The translations under genes were made by a program, and so were the position numbers. A stretch of DNA of 64,000 bases. Origin: Podarcis bocagei (lineage: Eukaryota). Positions 37,239 to 50,494 of this stretch are shown one piece after another. The DNA is taken from the NCBI GenBank assembly GCA_964188305.1, contig OZ076885.1. One strand, 5' to 3'. Numbering within the stretch: position 1 is the stretch's first letter; every line of letters begins with the position of its first letter. The notes beneath the pieces are model-generated. The model was not told where the DNA came from and searched no databases. It saw only the letters and a list, made by a program, of their open reading frames with translations.

Positions 37239-37374
37239 CGGTGTTTCTCAAACTGGGGTCTCTAGCTGTTTTTGGACTACAGGTCCCATAATCCCTCACC
37301 ACTGGTCCTGCTAGCTAGGGATGGTAGGAGTTGTAGTCCCCAAGCAGCTGGAGACCCAAGTTTGGGAAACCCCG
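37239..37374. mobile_element. hAT-type MITE (hairpin)
   Basis: TIRs CGGTGTTTCTCAAACT / AGTTTGGGAAACCCCG, degenerate 8-bp TSD CTTAAAGG / CCTTAAGG, largely self-complementary body. Confidence 0.75.
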
Positions 37375-37644
37375 CCTTAAGGGACAGTGGGATGTTGCCT
37401 TGTGCTGGGTTGCAGCACTCCCAAGCTGCCTGGGACTAGACTATGCTGATGGGGGCCTATATACTTCAGCCCATGAGCTAGGGGCCCTGGACACTGGACA
37501 GCAAGGGAGCTGCACAATGAATGGATCTTGCACTCTGCCATGGTTGTTGTAACCAAAATAAAAGTTGTGGCATTGTTCAACCCATCAAAGCCTCTGTCAT
37601 TTGCTGCTCTGACACCCTATTCTGGGCACACAAACATCAACACA

Positions 37645-37796
37645 TGAGCTCAAGGTGGCATAGATGCTTCTCTCCACACACCTCCATTTTATTCTCATAA
37701 ACAATCCTGGTTGGCTGAGAAACACTGACTGGTCCAAGGTCACCCAGTGGGTTTCATGCCTCAGTAGGAATTTGAACCCAGGTCCAGCACTCTAAC
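37645..37796 (-). mobile_element. Old CORE/MIR-like SINE
   Basis: TGACTGGTCCAAGGTCACCCAGTGGGTTTCATG...GAATTTGAACCCAGGTC is the reverse complement of CORE plus B box. Confidence 0.65.
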
Positions 37797-38967
37797 TGGC
37801 AGTCCAACAACTAAAGTAAGTAAATTTTTATTTATACCCTGCCCTCCCCAGCCAAGATGGGGCTCAGGGCAGCTAACATCAAATGTCAAATACATTAAAA
37901 CACAAACAATTGATTAAAATACAGCTTAAAAATTAGAATCAGGATAAAATTAAATGACTGCCCAAGAAATAACAACCATAGGGGTCGGGAACCTCAAGTA
38001 TGCATCAGTGCCAGCTATCTATGTATGCAATTATGCTAACGAACTGGAGTTCCAATGACATTCTGTGGCAGGCTTTAAAGTCATCGTCTTCTTTAAAGTG
38101 GTGTGATACCAACATAAAGCCACTGAATTTGAAATTAATTAGTTTAAGTAAATGTTCATTATAAGAACCCCAGTCTGTGTGGAAACTGGTTCGTCCCCAC
38201 ATGGTGAGGAGAGCACAGTGCCGAATGAGACAACATGTTGGTGGGGCAATCATTTGGGTCAATGGAATGCAAAATAGCATTCCCATGGGAGGAAGTTAAA
38301 GGTTCGATGACAAAGACCAAGTGTACTCACTTGATCATGCCCACACGGTTGCGGCTTTCAAATGAACTCTCAAGTCATATGAAAAAACATCATGGAAAAA
38401 CAACTCCAGCTATCATAGAAAAGCAGCCATACTTGCAAGGATGACTGCAGGTATGATTTAACAGGTAATTAGTACAGTATCATCAGTAATATAAATATTA
38501 AAGTCAAAGGAAGATTACATGCATAATTTAATATGGTGATCTTTCTAGGTTTAAATATGGAAATAAGAAACTTACTGTATTTACAATAACATACATTTGC
38601 ATGTTTATATTTAGTATTTCTAACAGGCTGCTATTATGTTGCCAACAACTTATATTTTAAAAAGTATTAGTTGTCAAATGTGCTTTAGAATAAATTATAT
38701 TTTATATACATGCAGCAAGGTATTCTATATTCCATTTAATTAATCTGCATTTATGTTTAGTGAAAAATCTTTTAAATATTTATGAGGCTTTTGCTGAAAG
38801 TACCACTTATAAACTAAAAAAATGCAGATTTTATAGATATCCTAGAATTACACTTCAGCCCTCAGTATGAACAGTTGTTTATTTCAAAGCATTACTACAA
38901 TAATTAAACAAAGTCAAGGTGCCTCCTTTTCATGGTGTCATACTGAATATAGGGTTGCAGTACCCTA

Positions 38968-39041
38968 TGCATTGCAGGGGGTTGGACTAGATGAACATTG
39001 GGGTCCCTTCCAGATCTACAATTCTAAGATTCTATGATTCT
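38968..39041 (+). mobile_element. CR1-type 3' tail
   Basis: GGGTTGGACTAGATGA...GGTCCCTTCCA...ATTCTAAGATTCTATGATTCT, with the CR1 octamer tail. Confidence 0.8.
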
Positions 39042-39895
39042 GTACTTCACTGATACACACAAAGAAGGCATCAAACCTTTCTGTTGTATTTGCAAATAAC
39101 TTCACTAAATACAAAGAGTGTTTATCTAATTAGAGGTTCAGTAGTAGGTGTAAAATGGACAGACAGATGTTTTATAGAAGTAAGAAGCTATTAGCTGCTG
39201 ATGCAAAAAGGAATAAAAGAATTATAACATTTCCCTGCAGTTTTATTTAATATATATATATTGTGATGATATTTTTTATTTTCAGTCAGTTAAACGGAGA
39301 TTACCAAATCTGTATCTTAAGGCACTTCAACATTTGTAGTAGACACCCACTCTCAGTTTCTCTACCCTTTGATTTCACTCGATTACAAGCACCTTTAATC
39401 TTTACCCAGGCAAATCAAGTGCCCTGATCACATCCTCTATATCTGTTGCTTAGCCTCTGATCCAATTTCCCTGTTATTTGATCTCCATTGACTTGTGACA
39501 TGCAGCTGACGCTTGCTTATTCCATTCCAGTAGCAGACCCATCCGTGTTGTCCAGTCACCTAGCAGTACCAAGGATGAAGACAACCATAACAGTCTACAG
39601 AAACAATCCTGTAAACTTTGGAGTAAATCCCATTGGACACAATGGGGCAAATTACATTTCCCTAATACCATACTAAAAGGAATTAGCAACCCCTCAAAAG
39701 ACAACCTTAGAATAAAAGAATATACAAATTTATTATAGAGAAAGAGAAAGACTGATTGATTGATTGGCAGGCAAGTCCTTAAATAAAAGATTTGCGACTG
39801 CTCAGCAACCCTAAGAATATTTTCAAGGTTCTTGGAAGAAATAAACAGATCCTAAGGCCAAGTGGAGGGAGATAGATATCAGGTGGTGTCTTGTA

Positions 39896-40257
39896 CAGGG
39901 GTGTTGGACATATTTCAGCCTGAGGGCAGTATTTCTTTCCGGGCAGCAATCCAGGAACCACATGCCAGGGGCCAGAGGAAAAATGGGTGGAATGATTGAT
40001 GTAAATGTTATCTTTGTACAGCAAGCTGCTTTCTACACAAGGCCAACATACCCCTCTCTATCCTCCACCCAGGCAAGGAAGGGGCATCCTCGGAGTTCGA
40101 GGTCACATTGCAGCCAGGCAAAAACACTAAAAAAAGGGGAGCAAAGCAGGACCAGTGAGGGGTGTGGCTGGGGACGGGGTGTGGCCTGGGCAGAGTGCTG
40201 TGGGCTACAGCTTGGAGGGCTGCATCTGACCTCTGGGTCCAAGGTTCCCCACCCCTG
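39896..40257. mobile_element. Probable old hAT MITE
   Basis: Ends CAGGGGTG / CACCCCTG with hAT-like subterminal sequence. No TSD recognisable. Confidence 0.45.
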
Positions 40258-42498
40258 GTATATGGGAATAAAACAGTGATAATCTACATCTTAGGGAAAC
40301 ACAATAAAGTTTAAATTAACTATAGTTTATATAGTTATGTAAATGCATGGTCATTTTTGTTTTTAGTATTCTAGGAAGAGGGGGTGGGGGAAATGAAATA
40401 ATCCAGTACAAAAAGGATGAGGGATAGGGAAGAGGGTTGAGTTAGGTGGGCAGAGCTGAAACTGTAAATTAGCCACAAACTCTTCTGGCGTATCTGAAAC
40501 TGCTCCCAAGCTCAGCAATTTACAGTTTCATAAACACCCCGACTCCAGAGGATCCCAAACTAGCACTCCAGTTTTATAAAACTCAGCACAGGTCCAAAAC
40601 ATTCCTGTTTCAGCAAATGGCATTGATGGAGCTGCAGGAGATGCCAAGGTACCAATTAATCCTGGCTAGACGGGATTGCAAATTCTGCCTCTGATCTGAA
40701 ATCATTATACAGAATACAGAATCAAACATAAACACATGATCACAAAGGAAGCCCCCCATGATTCAAGTTTCCACTATCAATTTTTCCACATAACTGTGAT
40801 GAAAGAATTGCACCTGAAAATCTACATATATAAGTGCTGATGGGATATGATGCTGTTCCATTTTTATACTGATACAAAGAAGAGTAACTTCTTAATGATA
40901 TATTAAATGATGTCTGAATGATATATTTTGAGTCTAACATGAAAGAGACAATGAAACCCTTTGGTGTTGGCTTAGAAAACTAAACTCCTATACCAAGGAC
41001 AAAATACCTACCCACATCTCAAGATTTTATTGGCCCATTCCATTCCTACAACAAAGCAATATTCTATACTTACTCAGCTTTAACTTATAGATATCTGACA
41101 CTGCTAAGATTGCAGTATAAAGAAAATAGAATCAGTACTTAATTTGCCCAGAAAATTTTCAAGCAGCAATAAAAATGACTTATTTTTTTCCTTGTTCTAA
41201 GGGAGAACTGTAGCTTTCCTGTTACTAAAACATCTGATGCAGTTAATAAATTGAAATTAGTAGCAGCATGTCAGTTGCCTATGGCAATGTAGAATTGATA
41301 GATAGTAAGAAGAAAATATCCACTCCAGTTCACAGTGCATCTACTAAATAAATTAGTAAGACCATCAATAAAGTTTAAATTCATTTTATGTTGAAGCACC
41401 ATTATCAATATAAGATGCAGTCCTTGGCTTGGTAGACTCATTGGGGCAAATAGTCCCATGAATCTCCAAATGTTGGGTTCTAGAGAGAGAACCATGACAC
41501 ACAAGCACTCCTTTGGTGAACCTGAAAATTCTCATATGGATATTGGTTTCCAGTGCCAAGACTCTTCAATGCTGAAATCATATTGCACCCTCATCAGCAC
41601 AGAAATAATGTATGAAGTTCTAAGACTTAAAATTGATAACCAACAGATTTAATGCCATATACCTTGCCAGAGAGAATGCATGGGGCCTAAACTGAAGCTG
41701 GCATTCTTTATTTTGCCTGTTTCTAATAATTTACATGTTTCCAATAAATTAGAATTGTAGGCAGTGCTCAATAGGATGCTTGCATTTAAATGCCACTGTA
41801 AGCTCTGGTCTGGAAGCTCTTTAATATTTCCTAATTCCCCATGGAGTACAGTCACTAACATACTGCTCCATGCATGTCTTGTTATTAGGCTTATTCACCA
41901 GTCTTCAAGCTGCTTGTTTCTGTACCAACTGGAAGCTTTCAGAGAACTCAGAGTTTCTTGTATTGGACAATAGACATAAAGCAGCATACATAAAAGTTCA
42001 TTGTGTTACATTCACTGAATTGAATTCCACTCAGGATGCTCCCCTTAACAGAAAGAGGGGAAGAAGTTTCACCAATTTCCCCTTTCTCCTGCAGCCTCAG
42101 CATCACACTATTTCAGAAGGATCTTCTGGAGAAGACATTCAATAATATAGGGAGCTACTGGGAAGGCACTCAACAAAAATAGCCTCCCTCTCCATTCTGC
42201 TAATAGAGTTTATCAGACAGATCAAAAGCCTTTCATGGATAAAAGCCCTTCCATTTGTGGAGAACAAAGCCTGGATTCAACCCATTGGGCTCCACTGTAC
42301 TGCAGGTAGGGTCTCATTCATATTTCTATACTGAAAAACATAAAATGTAAGTTATTTTATCTAACTGGGGAGGTGATTAGCTACATTAGCCCATTACATA
42401 CTATATTGTCTCAATCCACCTAGAACAGAATGCATGAACTAAAAGAGTTTTGAGGACCTTTTTTCAAATAGAGAGCTACCATGGTGTGGTGGCTAGAT

Positions 42499-42952
42499 CA
42501 GAACTTTCCAAACTGTGTGTCACAACATGTTAGTGTTAGCTCGTCCCAAGGCTGGAAAAGGGTCAATTTAACCTCTGGTTTGCTAGTAAAACTGAATTAC
42601 TGTGTCATGAAATGATGCATGTCTGAAAAATGTGTCACCAACATGAAAAGTTTGGAAAACTCTGGAAATTAAGAGAACACTGTAAACAACTAAAAACCCT
42701 GGCAGTATTTGAGTAATGCTTATAAGGTATGAAAAAACATGGAAAAATGGATTGCTATTCTTTTTACAAATTAGAGAAAATATGATAAGAAGTTGGAAAA
42801 AAAGATTGATAATGGTAACCATGGAAGGGCGGCGGGAAGTCAAAGGATTCAGGGAATCCTAAATGAAGAGGTGAATGATTTGTTTGAATTTAAATTTGTT
42901 ATGTAAAATATATTTTTAAAAAGGGCAAAAAAGAAAAGTTTGGAAAGCTCTG
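42499..42952. mobile_element. hAT (Charlie-like) MITE inserted in the SINE head
   Basis: TIRs CAGAACTTTCCAAACT / AGTTTGGAAAGCTCTG. 8-bp TSD GGCTAGAT / GGCTAGAG. Confidence 0.8.
42666..42932 (+). mobile_element. LINE (L1-like) 3' end inserted at the MITE right TIR
   Basis: Flanked by a 21-bp direct repeat GAAAAGTTTGGAAA(A/G)CTCTGG at 42645-42665 and 42933-42953. Starts with a stop-terminated frame LREHCKQLKTLAVFE* and has an A-rich 3' end. Confidence 0.6.
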
Positions 42953-45900
42953 GGCTAGAGTGTTCAACTAAATCCAGGGAAACTGAGCTTCAAATATCGC
43001 TCAGAGCAAATATCGCTAAGCTCATGGAGTGATCTTGAGGAAGTCAATGTCTCTCAGTCTGAGCTACCTCACAAGATTGTTGTGATGATAAAATGGATAA
43101 TGGAAAATCGTGTATGTCCTTATGACCTTACATAGCATATTGGATATAACACTGCTTGCTTTATATTTAATTTCAATTCCTGAATCCAGATAATTGGTCA
43201 GCTGCCTGGTTTGGAAGTGGTTGTACTCTCCCTGAAGTATTGTTTGTTTTGAGAACTATTTCATTTACTAATAAGCAGCACTCAGAATTGCAATACAAAG
43301 ATCACACAAATAATCCTCTTAGAAACTGTTAGAAGTTTCAACATAAGAATGAAATTAGAAGATCAAATTATTAAGGGACCAGTTCACTATCAGCCAGTAA
43401 TATATTCATCTCATTGAGTAAAACAAGATGGCATCAGTACGAATTACTAGCAGATCAGTTGGAGTGTGGCACTTCTGATATTGTTTGCTATTCAAGAATT
43501 CCTTCTTATGAATAGCACCCAGCCAATAGTTACCCAGCCTAGCAAAAAGAATCAATATGCTTTGAATTAGAAAATCAGGGATAAGAACATTGGAACAGAA
43601 AATACTGCAAGAAACAGACTATTTTGCTTTTCTCTGCCATTTTGTCTACTGATTCAATTTGATGGCCTAAAAAGTGCAAACTAGAAGTTTTTTTACTTTC
43701 ACTTCCAGGAATTTATAAAGTTATGTGGGTTCCTACAGAAGATTTTTGGGTGTCTTAAAGCACAGCACCAGTTCGAAAAGAAAAATAAAGAAAAGAAAAG
43801 AAGTAAGAGAGGTGATTCCAAACAGATACAATGAAGTTAAATGACAAGGTCATAACCTCCTAAAGCATCACATTTATTTTATTCAATCAACATCAATTAC
43901 TTGTCGTGATTGATGGCAACTATTGCATATCATTGGACGGAATTTATGGATAGTATTAACACTTTTGGCTGTGAAATATTGCTACCATAACAACGATATG
44001 CTGCCAAGCCAAAATAAATATAAGAGAGGGAGATTTCTAGACATCTAATTCATCTAACAAGAAAAAAGGCTGTCAACCAAGACTAAACAAAAAAAGCACA
44101 TCTAGAAAATCTGCTTAGGCTTATGCTGCACTACTTATCATTTTTCACTAAGATTAATTATCTCATGAAAAAAGTCATCTTCTTTGGAGTGTTAATTAAT
44201 TCACAATCAATTAAACTCAATACAGCTAACCAAAAGTTCAAATGTGATACACACTGCAGATGAATACTATTTTAGAGAAACCCAACTATGCTTGCTACTA
44301 TTTCTACCAGAATTGAGATCCCTAGTCCTGTATTTGAATGCATATTTCAATCATTTCTCTTTTAGTACCTAACCATTTGAGATGAGTGAATTACTCAAAA
44401 AATGTTTCCCATTACCACATTTGAAAGCGTCATATATCACTGTCAATGGAAATTCTTTTACTACATTATCTTGTAAAAAAATGCCTCTTTTCGAGTCTCT
44501 GCAAGAAAAATAAAACCAAACCATAAAATATGGAAATAAGTTTAATGTCAAGTGATATAAGAAGCACCGCCCATGACAACATTCACAGGTGTTGTTCACA
44601 AATTACTTTCTAGCAGAGATGGAGATTTTGTTCAGTCTAAATTTTTCAGTGAAACAACCTGATGATGATGATGATGATAAATATTGATACCATATTTAAG
44701 AAGTTCAACTTTTGTTAATCAGTGTAGCACTAATTAAAGTGATTTTAATGAGAAAAGGTTCTAATTCTAGACCATCACTTCCCTTTCCTCCCTACCACAA
44801 AATGTGACGGAGTACAAATTGCAGGGAGAGGAAGAAATCCCCATAGAGTGAAAATAAGGAACAAAAGCAGCAGCAAAACAACAAGCATTCCCTCTAGAAA
44901 TTCAATAAAGAAAACAGAGTTGTTTGATTGCAGCAAGAAAATGAAGATACTGTACAAGTGCAAGTTGTGAGAAAGCATGAGGATGCCAGAGTCACATATG
45001 CTAGGAAGGGAAAAGTATAGTAGGGAAGGGGGAAAGTCGAGTGACAACTTGCATGAGAAGGGTCAGAACTTCAAGGGGATGAGTTACAGGGTAGGAGGCA
45101 GCAGAAGGAGCTATGTGGATGTGATAACCGAAGCACACACATCACAGGAAAAAGCTGCAGTATCCCAAGAAAGAAGGCTGCCTGCAGCACATGGAGCATC
45201 ATCCCGTATCTCTAGAGAATAAAGTCAGAAAGCCAGTAGCAGCCAGCCAGTCCATTTGCACCCACCAACCTCCCCGTTGCCTCCCTTCCCCTTTCAAGTA
45301 AGCTGTAGTGGTAGAATCACCCAGCGCTCACTATGCCATCCACTACTGCATGAAGCGGAACCAGAAAAGAACTTGCTCTATTCCTCTTCCTTTGGTTGAC
45401 AGTCTTCAAATATCTTACACCTGGCAATGAAACATAGTACAGATTATGAGCACAATCGTTTCCCATTCCCAACAGCGGTGCTCTGTGGAGTGGCAGGACC
45501 ACATAGAAAGTGGGGTAGCAGGACCATTGGGTTTGATGCCGTCACATGACAGCACTGTGACCAGCTCAGGAGCTAATGGATTTCAAATTGGCTCTGCCCA
45601 TCTCTCTACCAGACTTTTAATTGCTCCACTTCAGGGCCATCTGCTATCACTGGTGGGCATTCTGCCAACAGCACTCCTGTCCACCCACCCATTTGACAGC
45701 TGGAAGGGGGAGTGTTGCACCAGCAGCCTGCAGAGGGCCCGCTTAGGCAGGAGAACTGGGTGGAAGGACACTCCACCCCAAGCCTGGTTTAATGAGGAGG
45801 AAGGTTGGATTGTTCACTAACAGAGGAGTTTGAATAACAATGGTATTTTGAGAGGAACTCCTCCACACTATTTTACCATACTTTAACAACCCCAATTGCC

Positions 45901-46478
45901 TAATGTAAGGAAAGGCTGTTTTAATGATTGCCTAACCTGCATTGCATAATGACAAGTATGAAAACGTCGGCATTAAACCATATGGTTGGTTGTAAAATCA
46001 GAAGACGGATGTATCATTTATGTTAATCTGGAATAAGTGGGAATATGATTTTGCTAATTACCATCATGCTAGCTCAAAGAAGGATCAACATCAGGCATAT
46101 TGCTCATATATTTAGAATAAATTGTAATAGTGCTGGTATCATTAACCAGGACTCTGGTTTATCCATTATGAAGATTATTTTCATGACAGTTTACATAATA
46201 GCGGAGAGATTAAATTATAAATTATAAAATATTATTAAGATCATATTTAATGACTAATTCTTGGTAATAAGCTCTAAAATGACCCTTCTAGAGATGAACC
46301 AGGGTTAATTTCCAATATCTTACTCTCTTTGTGGTTCCAGATTAATTTAAATATAATTACTCAAGCTTCTTGGGAAATACTAAGGAGCTTCCAGACCAAA
46401 GCTTCTTGTCTCACAACCAATAATATGGATTAAATTAAATGTTTCTATACTAAAATTAAATAATTAATAATACTAAAA

Positions 46479-47110
46479 TGGTATGCCTTGTGCAACTGCA
46501 TTTGGGATACCATGCACAGTTCTGGTCACCTCACCTGAAAAAAAGGATTTTGTGGAGTTGGAAAATGTTCAGAAAAGGGCAACCAAACTGCTGAAGTGGA
46601 TGGGGCAACTTCCTTACAAGAAAAGGTTCCAGCATTTGAGACTTTTTGGTTTAGAGAAAAGGTGAGTAAGAAGTGACATGATAGAAGTTTAGAAAATTAT
46701 ACATGGTATGAAGAAAGTGGATAGGGAAAAGTTTTGACCCCTCTCCATAACCCTAGAATCCTTTAACATTCAATGAAGCTGAATGCTGGAAAATTCAGGA
46801 CTGACCAAAAAACAAGAACCACAACAACCTCCTTATGCATGGAACTTGCTCCCACAAGAGGCGGTGGTGGCCACCACCTTGGCTGGCTTTAAAAGAGGAT
46901 AAAGTTATCAAAGGCTACACTCTTTCTCCCTGGATGGAGGCAGCATACTTCTGAATACCAGTTGCTGGTAAATGGAGGAGGGGAGGATGCTCTTGTGCGC
47001 AGGTCCTGCTTGTATGTTTCACACAAACCTCTGGTTGGCTACTGTAAGAACATGATGCTGCACTAGATGAGCCATTGGCCTAATCCAGCCAGCTCTTCTT
47101 ACGTTTTTAG
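46479..47110 (+). mobile_element. CR1 LINE 3' fragment (degraded ORF2 C-terminus plus 3' UTR)
   Basis: CR1 motifs QFWSPHLKK and LENVQKRATKL..M..LPY.KR.QHL.LF.LEKR with frameshifts, and a 3' end GCACTAGATGAGCCATTGGCCTAATCCAGC..CTCTTCTTACGTT. Confidence 0.85.
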
Positions 47111-49657
47111 GTTTCTTAACATGCATCTGTTAACAGTTCTTGCTGAAACTAAGCACTGAAGTTCAGTGTTCTACTTATTAGCCCTGAAAGCAATTGACCA
47201 CATAAATGTAGCTGAATAATATATCAACAGTCAAGAATGGCTTACTTGTTGTGTTCTGCATTTCATTAGTAAAACAGGAGAAGAAATATGTAGAGAAGAT
47301 GCTAGGATGGTCTGGAAGACTTGTGTATTTTGGTACACCCATGTTTCAAGCCTGAGTCATTTCAACTTAAGATATGATTATTGACCCTTGGGTCATTTTA
47401 TTGCTCTTATTGTTTTGTGCGTCAACATTAGTCACTTTTAGAACAGTATTTTGTAGCTATTTACACATTTAATGACAGCGTTTTAATTCTTCATAATGCA
47501 ATACAAAGTCATGATAGCAGGGTTACTCATTTCAAGCATTGCTTATGCCTTTGCTGTGGGATTACTTCATTATGATCTCAAACACATTATAACATACTGT
47601 CCTACCAACAAAGCACAATACTTCACTAGAGACAAAATTCTGTGCTCTGTTTTCCAAAACTAAATTTTGTATTATAGAATGGCAAGTGATAGTTATTCTC
47701 CACATATTAAGCTCACTAGGGCTGTCTGTTCTCCTTCAGATTACTTTAGACGCTTGTGCCTTGCCAAAGTTAGAGGGGAATGAGTTTTCTAGGAATCTGT
47801 ACCTCTTTGATTCCAGCTGGACTCAGACGGATTGAGGCTGTTCTCCTTTCCTACATGTAACTTTAAAAGCTTGTGCCATGCCAGAGGTGAGAGCCTATTG
47901 GTACCAGTCCAAGGGCAAGAACGAAAAATCTGTTTGTCTGGGGCCCATGTCCTGGCAAGAAGAGAGAGGGAGCCCAGTACACTCCTCGAAAGGCACTATA
48001 GAAAGACATTATCTGAAATACCCGACTTGGAGAAAGGATATTGAAAAAGAAGTCAGTGCTAAGCTATGACAGATCTTGCTGCCTGGGAGTAAGCTGGTCA
48101 CTGAGTGAAGAAGACTGAAGCCCCATCCCAGAGAGAGTTTGCCAAGTGGCAGAGGGCTGGTGCTCAGCAGCCATTTCTGATATTTTTGAATCCGAGCTTA
48201 CCATAATCCAAAGATGTTATTTTAGGCAGCCTTAATTGTTATCTGAGCCAAAAGAACTAAGAACTCTGCATGACCACATAGCCATGCCAAATCTCCCAAT
48301 AAGCATGCTGGAGTGTAGGGACCCATTTAATGAAAAAGGACTTACTGGAATATAAGCTAGAATGGTATCTAAGGGCAGTCAAAAAGTATTTCATATTCAT
48401 TTCAGAATGAACAAAGAACTTTGCAGCTGATGGGAAGTTTCTCGGTATGAGTCAATTTGAAATAAGGAAATGTGTGTTATAATTAATGTCTATGTGTAGC
48501 TACGGTATATCCAGTGAATGACACACAATGGGAGTGTGTCCTACACAAAATAAACATGTTTAAAGGAAGGTATCGGGCTTGGCAGATTTATAACCCCTTT
48601 TAACTGAAAGCATATTTTTTAAAGAAAATCAATAGACATTTTAGACATTTTAGAGATAGTACAACTTATAGCCAACAAATCAAACATCCTCCTTTGTCTA
48701 ATATAGCATATTTTCTCTACCTTTGGTGCATATAGTTTAAAACATTTCTTATTCTGGCAGATCTGATTTAAAAGGACTTGGCTCTGCATTGCATTTCAAA
48801 GTATTCAGTCCTTTTTCGAAAATCTTCAAAAACATTTTCGGTTTATCTACAGCACAGAAATGGAGCTAACTGTTATTCTCTTGGGATTCCGCTATTCAAC
48901 AGTTCCTTTTTCAACAGGTCTCTTTTGTACATTCAGGTATGCAGTGTTTAGAAATGCAGAAATAAAAGTGTATAGCAGCTCCCCCTCCACCCCAGGTTTT
49001 GGGAATAGTCTTTTATACTAGCAAACAGAATAAAACCAGCCATCATTAAGAGGCAATCATGGCCTTCCTATATCTGAAAGAAAGGGGCTAGCTCACCAGG
49101 ACAGGATTACTTATTTTTTTACAAAGAAATTGGGAGGAAGGGAGCCACTGAATCACATTCAAATGCCATGCCTGCAGCAACTTTGTTCAGCAGTGTAACC
49201 TCTGTTGAAGTCTTTAATTTTGCTTCCTCTTTTTCGTTGTGCAGGACATCCCACAAAAGGGTTCGTGATAATTTGATTCTTTCCCACCCACCCAAGAAGA
49301 AATTAGTACATCAGGAAGCTGCCATAGTTCCTGTTAAATAAAGAATTAACTGTATAGACTTCAGTTACCCAATCTGAGGATGTGGACAAGGTTCTGGGAA
49401 AGATGCAGCCTGCCACTTGTGAGCTTGACCCTTACCCTTCTTGGTTCATAACACTGAGCACATAACATTCTGAAGGCTGAATGTATCCTGCTGGTGTGCC
49501 TGCCTGCTCCTCCCCATTAACATCCCAGTACTTGGCAGTGACTCCACTGCCAGGAGGCTTTGTCCATGGTGTTGCACCTCCCCCAGTGGCTACTCCTGCT
49601 GGAATCAGGTGTGTTGAACCAGCCCTGCCAAGCTTAAAGAATCCCAAAGTAGCAATA

Positions 49658-49883
49658 CAGTGGTACCTCGGGTTAAGTACTTAATTCGTTCTGGAGGTCC
49701 GTTCTTAACCTGAAACTGTTCTTAACCTGAAGCACAACTTTAGCTAATGGGGCCTCCTGCTGCTGCCGCGCCACCGGAGCACGATTACTGTTCTCATCCT
49801 GAAGCAAAGTTCTTAACCTGAAGCACTATTTCTGGGTTAGCGGAGTCTGTAACCTGAAGCGTATGTAACCTGAGGTACCACTG
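49658..49883. mobile_element. Tc1/mariner-type MITE, family A copy 4
   Basis: Same TIRs and body as the other copies, TA TSD. Confidence 0.9.
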
Positions 49884-50040
49884 TAATGAAATAAGATGGG
49901 TAACAGTAGTTGAAAAGGTCAGCTCTGTGTAAGCTTTGTGGAGACTTAGAACTTGCAAGGTGGCCTCACAGAGTAGCACCACTTCCAAACAGGAACATGC
50001 ACAAAGAGGCCAGTTATGCTATTTTGTATATGCCCCCAAA

Positions 50041-50494
50041 AAGGCATCTTAAAAAGTAGAGGCATCACCTTGCCAACAAAGGTCCGTATAGTAAAAGCTA
50101 TGGTTTTCCCAGTAGTGATGTATGGAAGTGAATTATGGTGCTGGAGGAGACCCTTGAGAGTCCCACGGACTGCAAGATCAAACCTATCCATTCTGAAGGA
50201 AATCAGCCCTGAGTGCTCACTGGAAGGACAGATCGTGAAGCTGAGGCTCCAATACTTTGGCCACCTCATGAGAAGAGAAGACTCCCTGGAAAAGACCCTG
50301 ATGTTGGGAAAGATGGAGGGCACAAGGAGAAGGGGACGACAGAGGATGAGATGGTTGGATAGTGTTCTCGAAGCTACCAGCATGAGTTTGACCAAACTGT
50401 GGGAGGCAGTGGAAGACAGAAGTGCCTGGCGTGCTCTGGTCCATGGGGTCACAAAGAGTTGGACACGACTAAACGACTAAACAACAACAACAAC
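50041..50494 (+). mobile_element. BovB (RTE clade) LINE, 5'-truncated 3' end
   Basis: Translation ILKSRGITLPTKVRIVKAMVFPVVMYGSE...SLEGQIVKLRLQYFGHLMRREDSLEKTLMLGK...WRALVHGVTKS is the BovB ORF C-terminus. (CAA)n tail, imperfect TSD ATATGCCC at 50028 and 50495. Confidence 0.93.

Larger units (their letters stand above)
42473..43100 (+). mobile_element. MIR/CORE-like SINE interrupted by nested insertions
   Basis: Head ATGGTGTGGTGGCTAGA at 42481 resumes at 42953 as GGCTAGAGTGTT... and continues GTGATCTTGAGGAAGTCA..CTCTCAGTCTGAGCTACCTCACAAGATTGTTGTGATGATAAAATGG. Confidence 0.7.

Noticed and set aside
38331-38444. Possible cryptic minus-strand exon (cag...gtgagt)
   Set aside because: It has no DPP10 similarity and a poor polypyrimidine tract. 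Such motifs occur by chance.
49946-50452. 168-aa minus-strand ORF
   Set aside because: It is the antisense shadow of the BovB fragment.
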